In this document: positions 29,927 to 40,895 of the stretch, piece after piece
Numbering within the stretch: the first letter of the stretch is position 1
How the letters are laid out: every line of letters begins with the position of its first letter
Source of the DNA: Aquirufa sp.
GTDB lineage: Bacteria; Bacteroidota; Bacteroidia; Cytophagales; Spirosomataceae
NCBI GenBank assembly: GCA_046073945.1
Contig: JBJTNH010000100.1
Span: 4,569 to 68,568, forward strand
Length of the DNA stretch: 64,000 bases
Direction of reading: 5' to 3'
Position numbers and translations under genes: made by a program
Notes under the pieces: generated by a model
Seen by the model: the letters and a program-made list of their open reading frames with translations, nothing else
The model's database searches: none
Told to the model about the DNA's origin: nothing

Positions 29927-31090
29927 TTAGCAAGGCAATTCTACATTTGTGTCCTTCCATTGACGGTCTCTTCCGGATGCAATTACTGCTTCACAGATTT
30001 TTTGAGTTTGTAAGGCCTCTTTGAAAGTCGGTGAACAAGGTTCGTTTTTCTCAAGCGACAACAAGAAGTCGGCAGCTTGATGCACGAAACTATGTTCATA
30101 TCCAATGATCAAACCTGGCACCCACCATTTATCCATATAAGGTTGATCTCCGTCCGTTACTAAAATGGATTTCCATCCACGAACAATGGAATCATCACTA
30201 TGATCAAACATTTCTAAACGGTTCAAATCATGTAAATCCCAACGCAAAGAAGCGTGTTCTCCATTGATTTCAAAAGTATATAATGCCTTGTGCCCTCTTG
30301 CGTAACGAGTAGATTCAAATAAACCTAAAGATCCATTATCAAAATGGCAATGGAATAGGCAAGCATCATCAATACCAACCTTTTGTTTTTGTCCAGTGCC
30401 TGAATGTACACGTTCCTTAACAAAAGTTTCTGTCAAAGCTGAAACATCATTGATACCACCATTTAACCACAAAGCTGTATCGATACAATGCGCCAATAAA
30501 TCGCCAGTAACACCCGAACCTGCGGCTTCAACATCTAAACGCCAAGTTCCAGCGCCACCTTGAGGTACATCTGGACTAATCGTCCAATCTTGTAAGAAAT
30601 TAGCTCTGTAATGAAAAATACGACCTAATTTACCTGAGTCAATGATTTGTTTAGCCAAAGAAACAGCTGGTAAACGACGGTAATTATACCAAACCGTATT
30701 ACGGACACCTGTTTCTTCAATGACTTTTACCATTTCCTCTCCTTCTGCCAAAGTTCTCGACAAAGGTTTTTCGCACAAAATCATTTTCCCAGCTTTAGCC
30801 GCCGCAATGGCAATTTCAGCATGCGTATCATTCGGCGTGCAAATATCTACTGCATCGATATCATCTCTTGCAATTAATTTTCTCCAATCTGTTTCATAAG
30901 AAGCATAGCCCCATTGAGCAGCAAAAGCTTTTACGTTTGCTTCATTTCTGGAACAAACAGCCTGCATAACTGGCTCATAAGCTAAATTGGGAAAAAAGTT
31001 GGTAATTCTATTGAAACCGTTTGAATGGGTTCTTCCCATAAAACCAGTTCCTATTAATCCTATTCTTAATTTTTTCTTTTCCATGTTCAT
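29927..31090 (-). CDS. Gfo/Idh/MocA NAD-dependent sugar dehydrogenase (levoglucosan-dehydrogenase-like subfamily)
   Basis: Motifs [38 protein letters not shown]...AGSG..GD...H and IGY. Confidence 0.9.
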   Translation of the reverse strand: MNMEKKKLRIGLIGTGFMGRTHSNGFNRITNFFPNLAYEPVMQAVCSRNEANVKAFAAQWGYASYETDWRKLIARDDIDAVDICTPNDTHAEIAIAAAKAGKMILCEKPLSRTLAEGEEMVKVIEETGVRNTVWYNYRRLPAVSLAKQIIDSGKLGRIFHYRANFLQDWTISPDVPQGGAGTWRLDVEAAGSGVTGDLLAHCIDTALWLNGGINDVSALTETFVKERVHSGTGQKQKVGIDDACLFHCHFDNGSLGLFESTRYARGHKALYTFEINGEHASLRWDLHDLNRLEMFDHSDDSIVRGWKSILVTDGDQPYMDKWWVPGLIIGYEHSFVHQAADFLLSLEKNEPCSPTFKEALQTQKICEAVIASGRDRQWKDTNVELPC

Positions 31091-31106
31091 CCTCTTTTAC
31101 CGATTC

Positions 31107-32138
31107 TTAAGACCAGCCATGAGCTTCTCTTACACGAATCATCGTTGCTAAAATATCATTCCACGTTTTTTGTTGTAACATCACTTCGTTCGAGAACATA
31201 CAACCATCCCAACAGATATGCTTAAATGCTTTGGTTAATTCACCTTTTTCATCTCTTAACCAATAACCCGCATCCTCTGCTACGACTAATTTACCATTTG
31301 GATCTGTTGCTTGACAATGACGACCTGTTTTATCATGACTACCTGTTCCATGAACTGTTCCGTCATTTTGTGCCACGTGAAAATCAATGGTCCAAGGACG
31401 CAAAGCTGAAGTAATTTTCTTCAAAGCATCTTTCAATACTTCACGATCTTGCCAATCATATTGATCTGGTAAAATACGATGCTCAGGCGCATTGTAACCC
31501 ATGGTATAAAGAAGCGTATGCGACATATCTGCCTGAAAACCAATGTTTTTACGATCTACTGCTTCCAAGGTTTCTACCATGTGCTTCCATGAATGCATAC
31601 CTCCCCAACAAATTTCCCCTTCTGCTGCCAAACGCTCACCGTAATCTGCCGCTACATCACAAGCACGTTGGAATGTTTCTACAATTTTCTTTGAATTTCC
31701 GACAGGGTCTTTTGCCCAATCAGACACACCACTGGCAGAATCTATACGAACAATTCCATTCGGACGAATTCCCATTTCTCTCAAGGTTTGTCCAACTTCA
31801 CACGATTTACGAACCATGTCTACAAAATGATCTTGATCTGCTTTGCTTCCTATCGCAGGTCCACCCCAAATGGGAGCCACCAAACTACCAATTTCTAAAC
31901 CGTGGGCTGCTACTTTGTCCGCCAATCGTTTTGCACCTTCTTTACCTGATTCAATATCGAAATGTGGGCCTAAAAGTCCAACATCTACTCCATCGAATTT
32001 CGTGCCATTTACTTCTGCAGCAGCTGTCATTTGCAACATCTGATCCAATGAAATAACGGGTTCTGAATCAGGTCCTTTACCAACAATTCCTGGCCAAGTT
32101 GCATTATGCAATTTTGGATATATATTATCTGGTTTCAT
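31107..32138 (-). CDS. Xylose-isomerase-like TIM-barrel protein (sugar isomerase/epimerase/eliminase superfamily)
   Basis: Metal-site pattern AAEGE, QADMSH, DFHVAQND and CWDG. Confidence 0.8.
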   Translation of the reverse strand: MKPDNIYPKLHNATWPGIVGKGPDSEPVISLDQMLQMTAAAEVNGTKFDGVDVGLLGPHFDIESGKEGAKRLADKVAAHGLEIGSLVAPIWGGPAIGSKADQDHFVDMVRKSCEVGQTLREMGIRPNGIVRIDSASGVSDWAKDPVGNSKKIVETFQRACDVAADYGERLAAEGEICWGGMHSWKHMVETLEAVDRKNIGFQADMSHTLLYTMGYNAPEHRILPDQYDWQDREVLKDALKKITSALRPWTIDFHVAQNDGTVHGTGSHDKTGRHCQATDPNGKLVVAEDAGYWLRDEKGELTKAFKHICWDGCMFSNEVMLQQKTWNDILATMIRVREAHGWS

Positions 32139-32164
32139 ATGATTTATAGGTTTTTAAAATAAAT

Positions 32165-33373
32165 TTAAAATTTCAAATCTGGATTTTTAGGTCCAAAGTG
32201 TTTCAACATAACAATTGGATCCGTTGAAGAATGGTTCGTAATCGTTACCCCTTCTTTCGCAGCGGATTCAGTTACAAAAAATTCATCATTCGTTAATTGT
32301 CCATAACGGATTAAAGCAGGAGTTTCGATATTCCAAACACCCATTTTACCATGTCCTTGCATCATGATAAGTCCATAAGCAGCTGCATCAGTAATCGTAA
32401 CCGTTTGTCCAGGGAAAATGGTTAATTCTTTGGCACTAAATGCATCCGAACGGTAGCAAATCCATTTTTCTGAATAGCCTTTTGCTTCCATTTCTTTTTC
32501 ATCAGCAACTGGAATCGGTTGCATAAAACGAGTTTCCAATAAATTCGGATTGGTATTTAAATCCCAATCAATTACTTCCATCAATTGATCATAATTACCT
32601 ATTTCCTCTTTTGGAGTACCATTCCACAATAATTCCTCTGGAATCACTGCTTCATTAACCAAAGATTGATACATCGCAAACACATCAGAGGCTTTTTGTG
32701 GCTCATAGGTACACATACTTCCTGGTGCGTGCAACATCCCTGGAGGCACATCCCAACCCGTTCCTGGGATTAGTGGGAAGGCTTGAGAGAACATGGTGAT
32801 TTTATTATCGCCTTTGGTGAAATTCATCAAACATTCTTTGATTTGCTCTTTGGTTGTTCCTGGAGCGATTCCAAAAAATGTATAAGGGAAATCTCCACCA
32901 TGATTATTCAATTGAGGAGGAAAATAATACGCTTCTGGCTTTCCTAATTGTCCAATTTTCGCCGCATGTTCATCGTTGTGATGAATGTGATGTGGCAATG
33001 GTCCCATGTTATCAAAAAACTTCGAATACATCGGCCAAGATTTATATTCATTCCATAGGCGATCTCCAATGATTTGAGCACCTAATTCTTGAATCACATC
33101 TACCAACAATACTTGCTCCTCTTTTCCGCCTTCTGTGTAAACAACAGCACTTAAACCCTCATTTTCACCCGTCAATGGCCCGTTTTTAGCAGGAGTTGTA
33201 GATGATAACCAACGCTCATCGATTCCACCTCGCACTCCACCTAAAACATAATAATCATCTGGATGTAATTTTATTCTTCTACCGGGTACACAAAAAGAAC
33301 GGGGTACCCAAGTTGGAGCTAATCTCAAAATTCCTTTTCCTTGCTCAAGGGCCTTTGCTGCTTTATTTTTCAT
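32165..33373 (-). CDS. Class I mannose-6-phosphate-isomerase-like bicupin
   Basis: KFFD...PLPHHIH, KPEAYY, PGMLHA and YEPQ..SD match the PMI cupin layout. Confidence 0.72.
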   Translation of the reverse strand: MKNKAAKALEQGKGILRLAPTWVPRSFCVPGRRIKLHPDDYYVLGGVRGGIDERWLSSTTPAKNGPLTGENEGLSAVVYTEGGKEEQVLLVDVIQELGAQIIGDRLWNEYKSWPMYSKFFDNMGPLPHHIHHNDEHAAKIGQLGKPEAYYFPPQLNNHGGDFPYTFFGIAPGTTKEQIKECLMNFTKGDNKITMFSQAFPLIPGTGWDVPPGMLHAPGSMCTYEPQKASDVFAMYQSLVNEAVIPEELLWNGTPKEEIGNYDQLMEVIDWDLNTNPNLLETRFMQPIPVADEKEMEAKGYSEKWICYRSDAFSAKELTIFPGQTVTITDAAAYGLIMMQGHGKMGVWNIETPALIRYGQLTNDEFFVTESAAKEGVTITNHSSTDPIVMLKHFGPKNPDLKF

Positions 33374-33385
33374 TTTAAAATAGGC

Positions 33386-34453
33386 TTATATATGTTGTAA
33401 AAATTCTGTTAATTCATTATTGTTTTTTTGTTGATCTAGCACATCCAAAGTAATTTCAAATTTCTTGGTTTCGTTCGGTGCTAAGAAAATCAAGGATCCA
33501 TCCTCTCTGGCGGCCTTTTGACCGATGGGTGGATGAGTTCCGGGTTCTACACCTGTTACATATTCATTGACACCAAAATGTTGCCAATTGGTTAAACTAG
33601 GTAAAGAACGTTTATCATATTTCATGCGAACTCCCAAGCCAATTTTTGAATTGTACAATCCACAAACTACTTGGTGATTCACATCTTCTGCTGCATCTAT
33701 AAATGCCACTTCTTCTCCATTTCCCAAATGAATATCCAATGGATCTGGACATTTTTTATAATCATTCCCTTCCTTGAAAATCAATGGTTCATTGATTCCC
33801 TCAAAGCGGTATTTCCATTTTCCTTTTGCTAGAATATCTGTACCTGCATCAATCAAGGGCCAGCCAAAATTAAAATGGTACAATAACATCAATGGAGCTG
33901 AAGTATTCCCTTCATTCAACACTTCATCTTGAATTCGAATAAATGGCTCTCCCAATCTACCCGAAATGGTTCTCTTTAGGGTAAGACAAGGTCCAAAAAT
34001 AACGTTTTGACGAATGATACCCGTAATACTCATATCCAAATTCCCAGAACGAATATCCGGTTGAATGATGGATACAATCTCAGCCATCTGATTGCTTATT
34101 TTTCCATGAACCCCTCGACTGCCATGTTCATCCTCTTCAGGACCACCTACATGGTCGAGTCCACATGTAGTTAAAAGTCCACCACCAAAGGTACGTAACC
34201 AATGTAAACCTTGGTCAGCAAATGGTTGTGGACTTGTAACTCCTGCATGACTAATCCATGCTAAACTTTTTTCTTGGTAAAAGGCTTCCGCTATGTCCAT
34301 TGCACGGTCAAGTACAATTTTATAGCGTAAGCCAGAACCTGTATCCATCCAAGCAACTCGGACTCCCTTTCCTGCTCCGTTGTCTAATACAGAGGTTTCT
34401 ATTCCTCCGAGTTGCTTGTGATTAGAGATTTTATTTTCCCAAGGATACTTCAT
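33386..34453 (-). CDS. DUF4432 / aldose 1-epimerase-like protein
   Basis: Motifs GSGL, DRAMDI, GGLLTTCGL, HG.ISN, LYHFNFG.PL and YVTGVEPGT. Confidence 0.88.
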   Translation of the reverse strand: MKYPWENKISNHKQLGGIETSVLDNGAGKGVRVAWMDTGSGLRYKIVLDRAMDIAEAFYQEKSLAWISHAGVTSPQPFADQGLHWLRTFGGGLLTTCGLDHVGGPEEDEHGSRGVHGKISNQMAEIVSIIQPDIRSGNLDMSITGIIRQNVIFGPCLTLKRTISGRLGEPFIRIQDEVLNEGNTSAPLMLLYHFNFGWPLIDAGTDILAKGKWKYRFEGINEPLIFKEGNDYKKCPDPLDIHLGNGEEVAFIDAAEDVNHQVVCGLYNSKIGLGVRMKYDKRSLPSLTNWQHFGVNEYVTGVEPGTHPPIGQKAAREDGSLIFLAPNETKKFEITLDVLDQQKNNNELTEFLQHI

Positions 34454-34478
34454 TATTATTTAATTATTTATGATTCAA

Positions 34479-37214
34479 TTATTTAGCAGCTGGTTTTGCG
34501 AACATTGCATTCGATTCGTTTCCACCAGATAACAAATAAGCCATCAAATCTTTCAATTCTTCTGCACTTAAACTGTTAATCAAGTTAGCAAGCATAGGTG
34601 ATACACCTGAATATTTCACAGAAGTAACATTTTTCTTCAATACTTTTTCAACTTGATCCGGAGCATAAGGGTTTTGTGAAACATAGAATGCTAATTTATC
34701 TTGGTTGGTAATACGTCCTACCACAGATGTTCCATTTCTCAACATCAATTGAGAAGCTGCATATTGGTCAGAAACTACTTTATTTGGATTAATAATAGCT
34801 TCCAAGATATCCTTTTTAGAGAAACGAGTTCCTAAATTGGTTAAATCTGGACCCACATTTCCACCGCCATCAGATCCTAAAGCATGGCAATTTTTACAAG
34901 TGGTAGCAGCAAACCAAGATTTTCCATTCGCAAAATTACGGTTCGTCAAAGGTTCATCTAACAAAGCAACTGCTTCTTCCAACTTCCAGTTTTTACCAGG
35001 ACCTTTTGGATAATCAATTTTCACTAAGTCATTACCATTGGCTGTCAATAATTCAGCACCCGACATTTTATCATATTTAGCTCTTTGAGCCTCCGCCACA
35101 TTTTTCAATGCCAATTTACGAGCACGATCAATGAAACCTACATAACTACGACCACCGTTAAAATTAAATCCATTACGGAACCATGTGAAATAACGATCAT
35201 GTAATTCTGGCGTCCAATTATTTTTAGCTGCACTTAACATTGTTCCTAAATAAGTAGCTTGTGCCGGTGGAATTTTCTCCAACATACGAGCGATATCTGT
35301 ACCATATTGAGGATTACGCATAATTAAATCGGCAGAAGAAGTAGCCGTTTCAACACGATAAGCTGCCACAGATGCAGTATCTTTTGTTTCCATCAACTTC
35401 AAAGTTCTTGGTATAATACCTGGAGCTTCTAAAGTAATCAAGATACGGCTCAATGAACGAGTTAAGTTCATTTGTTTCGCAGGATACAAGGCATCAAACT
35501 TAGCAACAATAGCAGCAGATTGAGAAGCATCTGGTAAACCATTGCGCAAAATATTCAATTCAAATGCACGGATATAATCAATTTGCAAAGCCTCATTAAA
35601 GCCTTTGTTATCAATTTTCAACAATGCCGCATTAATAGCAGCCTTGTTTTCAGGCTTGTCCGCGCGAATCAAACCAATTAAAGCATTGATTGCTGCAACG
35701 GGATCTTTTTCATTCAAAGCTTTGTCTTTCCAAGTATCTACTGGATTGTGCTCCAAAGCAATACGAGCTGCATAACGCACAAAACGATCAGGATTATTCA
35801 ATTCAGGCCAAGCTGTTGCAACTGCAGCTGGATTAGGTCCTTGGTGGAATTGCTCTAATTTACGACGTAATTCATTCAAAGGATTGATCGATGGTGCTGG
35901 AGCTTTCGCTACGGCCTCTTCAGGACCTGCATAATACACGCGGTACATATCTGATTCCAAACGACGACCACCAATCATAAAATACAAAGCTCCATCCGGG
36001 CCTACCACACCATCCGTTAATGGAAGTGGAATTCCTGATAAAAATTCTTCTCTGTCAGCTGTGTAAGTTGAACCTTGAGGCTTTAACTTAATTAAGTGAG
36101 CAATACCGAACGTCCAGTCGAAAGCCAATAATGATTTCTTGTATTTAGCTGGAAATTTAGCATCTCTTAAAGATAATAAACTAGTAGGTGAACCTTGTCC
36201 AATGTTTAATACCGGAGGTAAATTATCAGGTAAAGAAGGAGACCATTTGCTATTACCTGTTCTCCATCCAAATTCAGAACCAGAAGTTACGTGGCAAATA
36301 CGCGTTGGGCGGTACCAAGGTAAACCGAAATCCCATTCCATATCTGCATCATAAGCAAATAAATCGCCCGACTCATTGAAAGCAATATCAAACGCATTAC
36401 GATAACCCGCACTTACTAATTCATATTTTTTGCCCTCTGGATCAAAATTCAACACATATCCACCTGGTGCATAACGATCATTGGCGTGTCCACGTGGGTC
36501 TTTGATTAAAGGGAACAGGTTGTCTTCATGCCAATTTTTTGGTAAACGGTAAGCATCCAATGCAGGTACATCCGTGTGGTTACCATTGATTAAATACAAA
36601 GATTTTTTATCAGGTGAAAGAATGATGGAGTGAGGACCATGTTCGCCTTCTCCTTTAAATTCTTTCATTAAGGTAATTTTATCAAATTGATCATCTCCGT
36701 CCAAATCTTGAACGCGATACAATCCACTACCTCTTGGAGCATATCCTTGAGAAAAACCATTTCTTCCTCCAGCCGCAGCAGCAGGTTGAGGATTAGCTGG
36801 AGTAGCGCGTGCGTTGACAACCACATATAAGCTGTTGAAAGCGTACAATAAACCATGCGCATTTCCAATACCAAGCGTATCTACTCCTTTTCCAAACTTT
36901 AATTTTTCAATTTGTGGAGTCACATCTTTTGAACCGATGGCAGGAACTTTCAAACGAAAAAGTCCACCGTATTGATCGGAAGCAATGATTCTACCTTTAT
37001 CATCAAAACACATAGCTACCCAAGATCCAATTTTAGCATCTGAAGGACTATATAAATGTTCAATTTTAAAGCCTGGTTGGAGGCGGATTTTATCTATTTT
37101 GGGATTTGCACCTTCCTCAACGGCAGGGTTTACTTTGAAGAGCGAATTAAAATTCGCACTAGCCAAAGCAAAAATCGCCCCAAAAACAATGGCAATTTTT
37201 AATAATGTTTTCAT
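34479..37214 (-). CDS. Exported beta-propeller/HEAT/c-type cytochrome protein (PVC-type heme-binding, dehydrogenase-like)
   Basis: Signal peptide, propeller motifs (GEHGPH, GYRNAFD, DADMEWD, GPDGALY), HEAT segment DRFVRYAARIALE, CKNCH, GPDLT and S.M. Start is ATG 37214 or TTG 37220. Confidence 0.85.
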   Translation of the reverse strand: MKTLLKIAIVFGAIFALASANFNSLFKVNPAVEEGANPKIDKIRLQPGFKIEHLYSPSDAKIGSWVAMCFDDKGRIIASDQYGGLFRLKVPAIGSKDVTPQIEKLKFGKGVDTLGIGNAHGLLYAFNSLYVVVNARATPANPQPAAAAGGRNGFSQGYAPRGSGLYRVQDLDGDDQFDKITLMKEFKGEGEHGPHSIILSPDKKSLYLINGNHTDVPALDAYRLPKNWHEDNLFPLIKDPRGHANDRYAPGGYVLNFDPEGKKYELVSAGYRNAFDIAFNESGDLFAYDADMEWDFGLPWYRPTRICHVTSGSEFGWRTGNSKWSPSLPDNLPPVLNIGQGSPTSLLSLRDAKFPAKYKKSLLAFDWTFGIAHLIKLKPQGSTYTADREEFLSGIPLPLTDGVVGPDGALYFMIGGRRLESDMYRVYYAGPEEAVAKAPAPSINPLNELRRKLEQFHQGPNPAAVATAWPELNNPDRFVRYAARIALEHNPVDTWKDKALNEKDPVAAINALIGLIRADKPENKAAINAALLKIDNKGFNEALQIDYIRAFELNILRNGLPDASQSAAIVAKFDALYPAKQMNLTRSLSRILITLEAPGIIPRTLKLMETKDTASVAAYRVETATSSADLIMRNPQYGTDIARMLEKIPPAQATYLGTMLSAAKNNWTPELHDRYFTWFRNGFNFNGGRSYVGFIDRARKLALKNVAEAQRAKYDKMSGAELLTANGNDLVKIDYPKGPGKNWKLEEAVALLDEPLTNRNFANGKSWFAATTCKNCHALGSDGGGNVGPDLTNLGTRFSKKDILEAIINPNKVVSDQYAASQLMLRNGTSVVGRITNQDKLAFYVSQNPYAPDQVEKVLKKNVTSVKYSGVSPMLANLINSLSAEELKDLMAYLLSGGNESNAMFAKPAAK

Positions 37215-37233
37215 TTTCAATTTGTTTATAGGT

Positions 37234-38016
37234 TTATTTTAATTTTTTCAAACGGATATTTTTGTACTCTACTTTCATCGGAGGTCCTACGTGTACTTGC
37301 ATGCCTAACCAACCCGATTTTTTTCCATTAACTTCATCTAAGTCTGTTACATCACTCATCAATACACCATTCACAAAATGCTGTAAATGATTTCCCTTTG
37401 CAATGATATGAATTTCATTCCAATCTTCAGATTTGATGATTGTTTTTAGTGAATCCGAAGAACCTAAAGAACCTGTCACTTTACGAGCAGTCCAATTATT
37501 TCTTTGCGAATATGTTTTTAAATTATTCTTTAACTCAGGATCTGTTTGCTCGTTTAACACAGAAATCTCTCCACGATATGCCAAAGTAGTACGAGCTCTT
37601 TCTTCGTAATTTTGACCTGTATAACGATTAGCGCCATCAATGTCGGCTTGATATCCTTTTAAAGCAAAAGGTAAGTCTGGTGTTAATTCCTCTGAACGAT
37701 AATTGACACCCGTATTCCCTGCTTTTGCAATTTTAAAGTCAGCTTTGAATTCAAAATCGGCAGGTTGATCTGCACGATAAATAATGAATTGATTTCTTTT
37801 CAACGTAGTTGCTGGAGTGATTTCACCAACAATACAACCATTTTCCACTCTCCAATAAGTAAGATCTCCATCCCAGTTTTTCAATGTTTTTCCATCAAAA
37901 ATTTGTTTGAAACCTTTTTCCTTTGATTTTTTAGACGAATTGGAGTCATCTTGTTTAAAAGATATTACAGAGAAAAGTAGACAAACTACCCCCATGTAAA
38001 GTATTAATTTTTTCAT
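37234..38016 (-). CDS. DUF1080 (3-keto-disaccharide hydrolase family) exported protein
   Basis: Motifs IFDGKTLKNW.G, GNTGVNYRS, GYQADID, WNEIHI and G.LGMQVH..VEYKNIRLK. Confidence 0.9.
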   Translation of the reverse strand: MKKLILYMGVVCLLFSVISFKQDDSNSSKKSKEKGFKQIFDGKTLKNWDGDLTYWRVENGCIVGEITPATTLKRNQFIIYRADQPADFEFKADFKIAKAGNTGVNYRSEELTPDLPFALKGYQADIDGANRYTGQNYEERARTTLAYRGEISVLNEQTDPELKNNLKTYSQRNNWTARKVTGSLGSSDSLKTIIKSEDWNEIHIIAKGNHLQHFVNGVLMSDVTDLDEVNGKKSGWLGMQVHVGPPMKVEYKNIRLKKLK

Positions 38017-38083
38017 GTTACTAGGTTTTAAGTTTAAAATTTAAAGAAAAATACATAGAAGTAAAAATGTTTTAGGGGGTATC

Positions 38084-39280
38084 TTATGATTTCTTTTGAA
38101 GAAAAATAAAAACACCTTTCTTATTCGATATCACGATATCTTTTTTACCATCTTTATTCATATCAATAATTTCCAAATGTATTCCGGAACCGGAATCATT
38201 ATCGATTTCATGTTTCAACCATTTGGGATTTTTACCAGGTAAACATTCAAACCAAAGTAATTTAGCTGCTTCCAATTCTCCTGGATCTTTTCCATTATGC
38301 GCCATGTACCTTTTGCCTACCACAAAGTCATTCACCTGATCTTTTGAGAAATCAAAAGCAGCCAATGAATGTGTTTGAGAAAGCTGATTGTCAATCAATT
38401 GAGTTTCGACCTTGTTCCCATTTTCACTTAGAAGATGGTACCAAATTCCATAATCATGTGCGGAAGAACTGATTAAATCCATTTGACCGTCTAGATTCAC
38501 ATCTTGTACGACAATCTGAGCGGCATCGTGTTGAAGGTTCAACGGATGGAATATCCAATTTTCTTGTTTGACATCTTTCGGCGATTCCCACCAACCCTCT
38601 TTGATAATAACATCTTTTTTACCGTCTTTATTCAAATCGCCAAAACCTAAACCGTGGGTATATTTATGAGTTCCGATTGCTGGGTTATTACTGATGGCAT
38701 GTGAAATCCAATTTGTATCCTTTTTCATCGATGGCGATTCCAGCCAAACCACTTTTTTAGCTTTGGAATCATTGCAAATAATATCCTTTTTACCATCTAA
38801 ATTGACGTCTTCAAATAAAGGGGATTCATTTCCAATGGAATTAGAAAGAAAATGTGACTTCCACAAACCTGGTTTGTTTTTAGGATTTTCAAACCAATAA
38901 ACGGCCTCTCCCGGTAAACCAATTTTGATGATATCTACCCAACCATCTGAATTAATATCTTGGCTAAAATTCAAAAATGAATTACTATAACCATCGTCCA
39001 CTTTAAAAACATGATTTTTATCAAAGGTTTTCAAAGAACGATCATAGCGAATATCATCTGAATATTGATTTTTTTCCCAATGTGGCGCTTTGAACCAAAA
39101 GGCTCCAGCGACAACATCCAATTTCCCATCATTATTGATGTCTGCAACACTAACACCCTCTGATACAAATTCATTAGAAAGAACTTTTTTTTCAAAACTA
39201 ATCGTATTTTTTTGAGCCTTAAGGCTGAAAAAAAACAAAAAAGTCATACTAGAAAATATATAAGAAAATGTTTTCATCAT
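38084..39280 (-). CDS. FG-GAP/VCBS-repeat exported protein
   Basis: Repeated DxNxDGxxD motifs: DINNDGKLD, DINSDGWVD, DVNLDGKKD, DLNKDGKKD, DVNLDGQMD and DMNKDGKKD. Confidence 0.88.
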   Translation of the reverse strand: MMKTFSYIFSSMTFLFFFSLKAQKNTISFEKKVLSNEFVSEGVSVADINNDGKLDVVAGAFWFKAPHWEKNQYSDDIRYDRSLKTFDKNHVFKVDDGYSNSFLNFSQDINSDGWVDIIKIGLPGEAVYWFENPKNKPGLWKSHFLSNSIGNESPLFEDVNLDGKKDIICNDSKAKKVVWLESPSMKKDTNWISHAISNNPAIGTHKYTHGLGFGDLNKDGKKDVIIKEGWWESPKDVKQENWIFHPLNLQHDAAQIVVQDVNLDGQMDLISSSAHDYGIWYHLLSENGNKVETQLIDNQLSQTHSLAAFDFSKDQVNDFVVGKRYMAHNGKDPGELEAAKLLWFECLPGKNPKWLKHEIDNDSGSGIHLEIIDMNKDGKKDIVISNKKGVFIFLQKKS

Positions 39281-39292
39281 AAAGTAGAATTA

Positions 39293-39323
39293 AATAGCCG
39301 TCCCTAAGATTGGAACGGCTATT
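39293..39323 (-). terminator. Stem-loop downstream of susD (partial terminator or mRNA stabiliser)
   Basis: AATAGCCGT...ACGGCTATT inverted repeat with only a short U tract on the minus strand. Confidence 0.6.
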
Positions 39324-39343
39324 ATCAAAACAAAAAACAAATT

Positions 39344-40855
39344 TTACTTAATATTTGGATTCAATGCAGCTTCATCAGCAGGCATTGGGTAGTATTTTTC
39401 AATTACACTAAATGAATTACTACGCAAAGTATAACCTTTTTGGTAATAGTATGAGAAAGGATTTGCTTTGATTTCAGCTCCATAAGCAGTAATAACAGCT
39501 TTGTAAGTATCTGTACGAACTAAGTCATGCCAGCGCTTATTTTCAAAAGCTAACTCTACACGGCGCTCTTTCATCAAAGCAGTACGGAATGATGCTTGGT
39601 CTGTAGCAGTTGTCTCAGCTAAACCTGCACGCTTACGAACCATGTTCATAAAAGTAGCGGCCTCAGCTGTTTTACCTTGCTCATTCAAAGCCTCCGCTAA
39701 AAACAATAATACCTCTGAATAACGATATACAGGCCAGTTCATTCCATGGTTACCATTTAATGAGTGCGTTTTCATGAATTTTTTGATGATTGGATAGGTT
39801 TTGCCTTCCCATAAAGTAGAAGAACAAGTAATATAACCAATCGAAGCATTTTTACGCAAATCGCCATCTTCATAAGCAGCAATCACATTCGGAGTTGGGA
39901 TATTATTACCTTCACCTGTTTGTGGCTGTGGATTAGAAGTTCCAGAAAGAGTCTTTAATTCCGATTCTAACATTGGACGAGGCAAGAAGTTGTACATGAA
40001 AGTTCCATTGTAACCGTTAGATCCCTCTTGAAACTGAACTTCAAATACACTTTCAGCATTGTTTTTATTCGCTGTACTAGTTGAAAATACGTTGTTGTAA
40101 TCTGGAATTAAAGAATAACTTCCTTCAGCAACTACTTCTTTCAACAATTTTTCAGCACTTGGCCAATCTCTCTTAATGATGTACAAATTAGCCAAAACTG
40201 TTTTCGCAGCACCTGAAGTAGCACGACCTGCTTCTTGAGTAGCTTTTGTCTTCAAAGAAGCCGCAGCACCCGTCAAGTCTCCGATGATAATTTTCTCTAA
40301 ATCAGCAGCCTGCCCTAGTGGTGCAGCAGCAGCTTCACGAGTAGTTACTGGAGTTAATTGCAAAGGAGCCTTATTGAAATAACGGTACAATTCAAAATAA
40401 GCGAATCCACGCATGAATTGTGCTTGACCTTTTAAATTTGCCTTTACTGTTGCATCAAAATCAGCTTTATCAATCAAAGACAAGATTTGATTCGCACGAG
40501 CAATAATCAAAAAATCTTGACGATATTGGTTCAAAACGTGCGTATTGGTAGTTAAACCATTCGAAACTGGAATGGAGAAATCAGCCAAATCCTCTTGTTG
40601 TTCAGTTGCACCAAACGCAGTGTTACGTGCATAATAGGTGTTATCTGAGTGCATCTCTGACAATAACCAAGAACGGTCATTGTAGATAGTTCTTAGAGGA
40701 ACATAACATGCGTTGACAGCTTGTTCAAAATCCGATTGGGTTTTAAAGAAGGTCACCGAACTTAAATTGGTTTCTGGAGTAATATCCAAGAAACTCTCTG
40801 TGCAGCCCGCTAAACCAAGGGCTAACAAACAGCTTAATATGATTTTATTTTTCAT
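39344..40855 (-). CDS. RagB/SusD-family lipoprotein
   Basis: Lipobox LAGC, ESVFEVQF, RYSEVLLFLAEA, VRKRAGL and ERRVELAFENKRWHDLVR. Confidence 0.95.
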   Translation of the reverse strand: MKNKIILSCLLALGLAGCTESFLDITPETNLSSVTFFKTQSDFEQAVNACYVPLRTIYNDRSWLLSEMHSDNTYYARNTAFGATEQQEDLADFSIPVSNGLTTNTHVLNQYRQDFLIIARANQILSLIDKADFDATVKANLKGQAQFMRGFAYFELYRYFNKAPLQLTPVTTREAAAAPLGQAADLEKIIIGDLTGAAASLKTKATQEAGRATSGAAKTVLANLYIIKRDWPSAEKLLKEVVAEGSYSLIPDYNNVFSTSTANKNNAESVFEVQFQEGSNGYNGTFMYNFLPRPMLESELKTLSGTSNPQPQTGEGNNIPTPNVIAAYEDGDLRKNASIGYITCSSTLWEGKTYPIIKKFMKTHSLNGNHGMNWPVYRYSEVLLFLAEALNEQGKTAEAATFMNMVRKRAGLAETTATDQASFRTALMKERRVELAFENKRWHDLVRTDTYKAVITAYGAEIKANPFSYYYQKGYTLRSNSFSVIEKYYPMPADEAALNPNIK

Positions 40856-40895
40856 TGTTTCTAAATCTAAAATATATGTGATATATCTGGCCTAA

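Noticed and set aside
29927-32138. Specific assignment as iolG/iolE, levoglucosan or apiose pathway genes
   Set aside because: Only family-level motifs are visible, and the companion genes (iolB/C/D, kinases, transketolase) are absent from the window.
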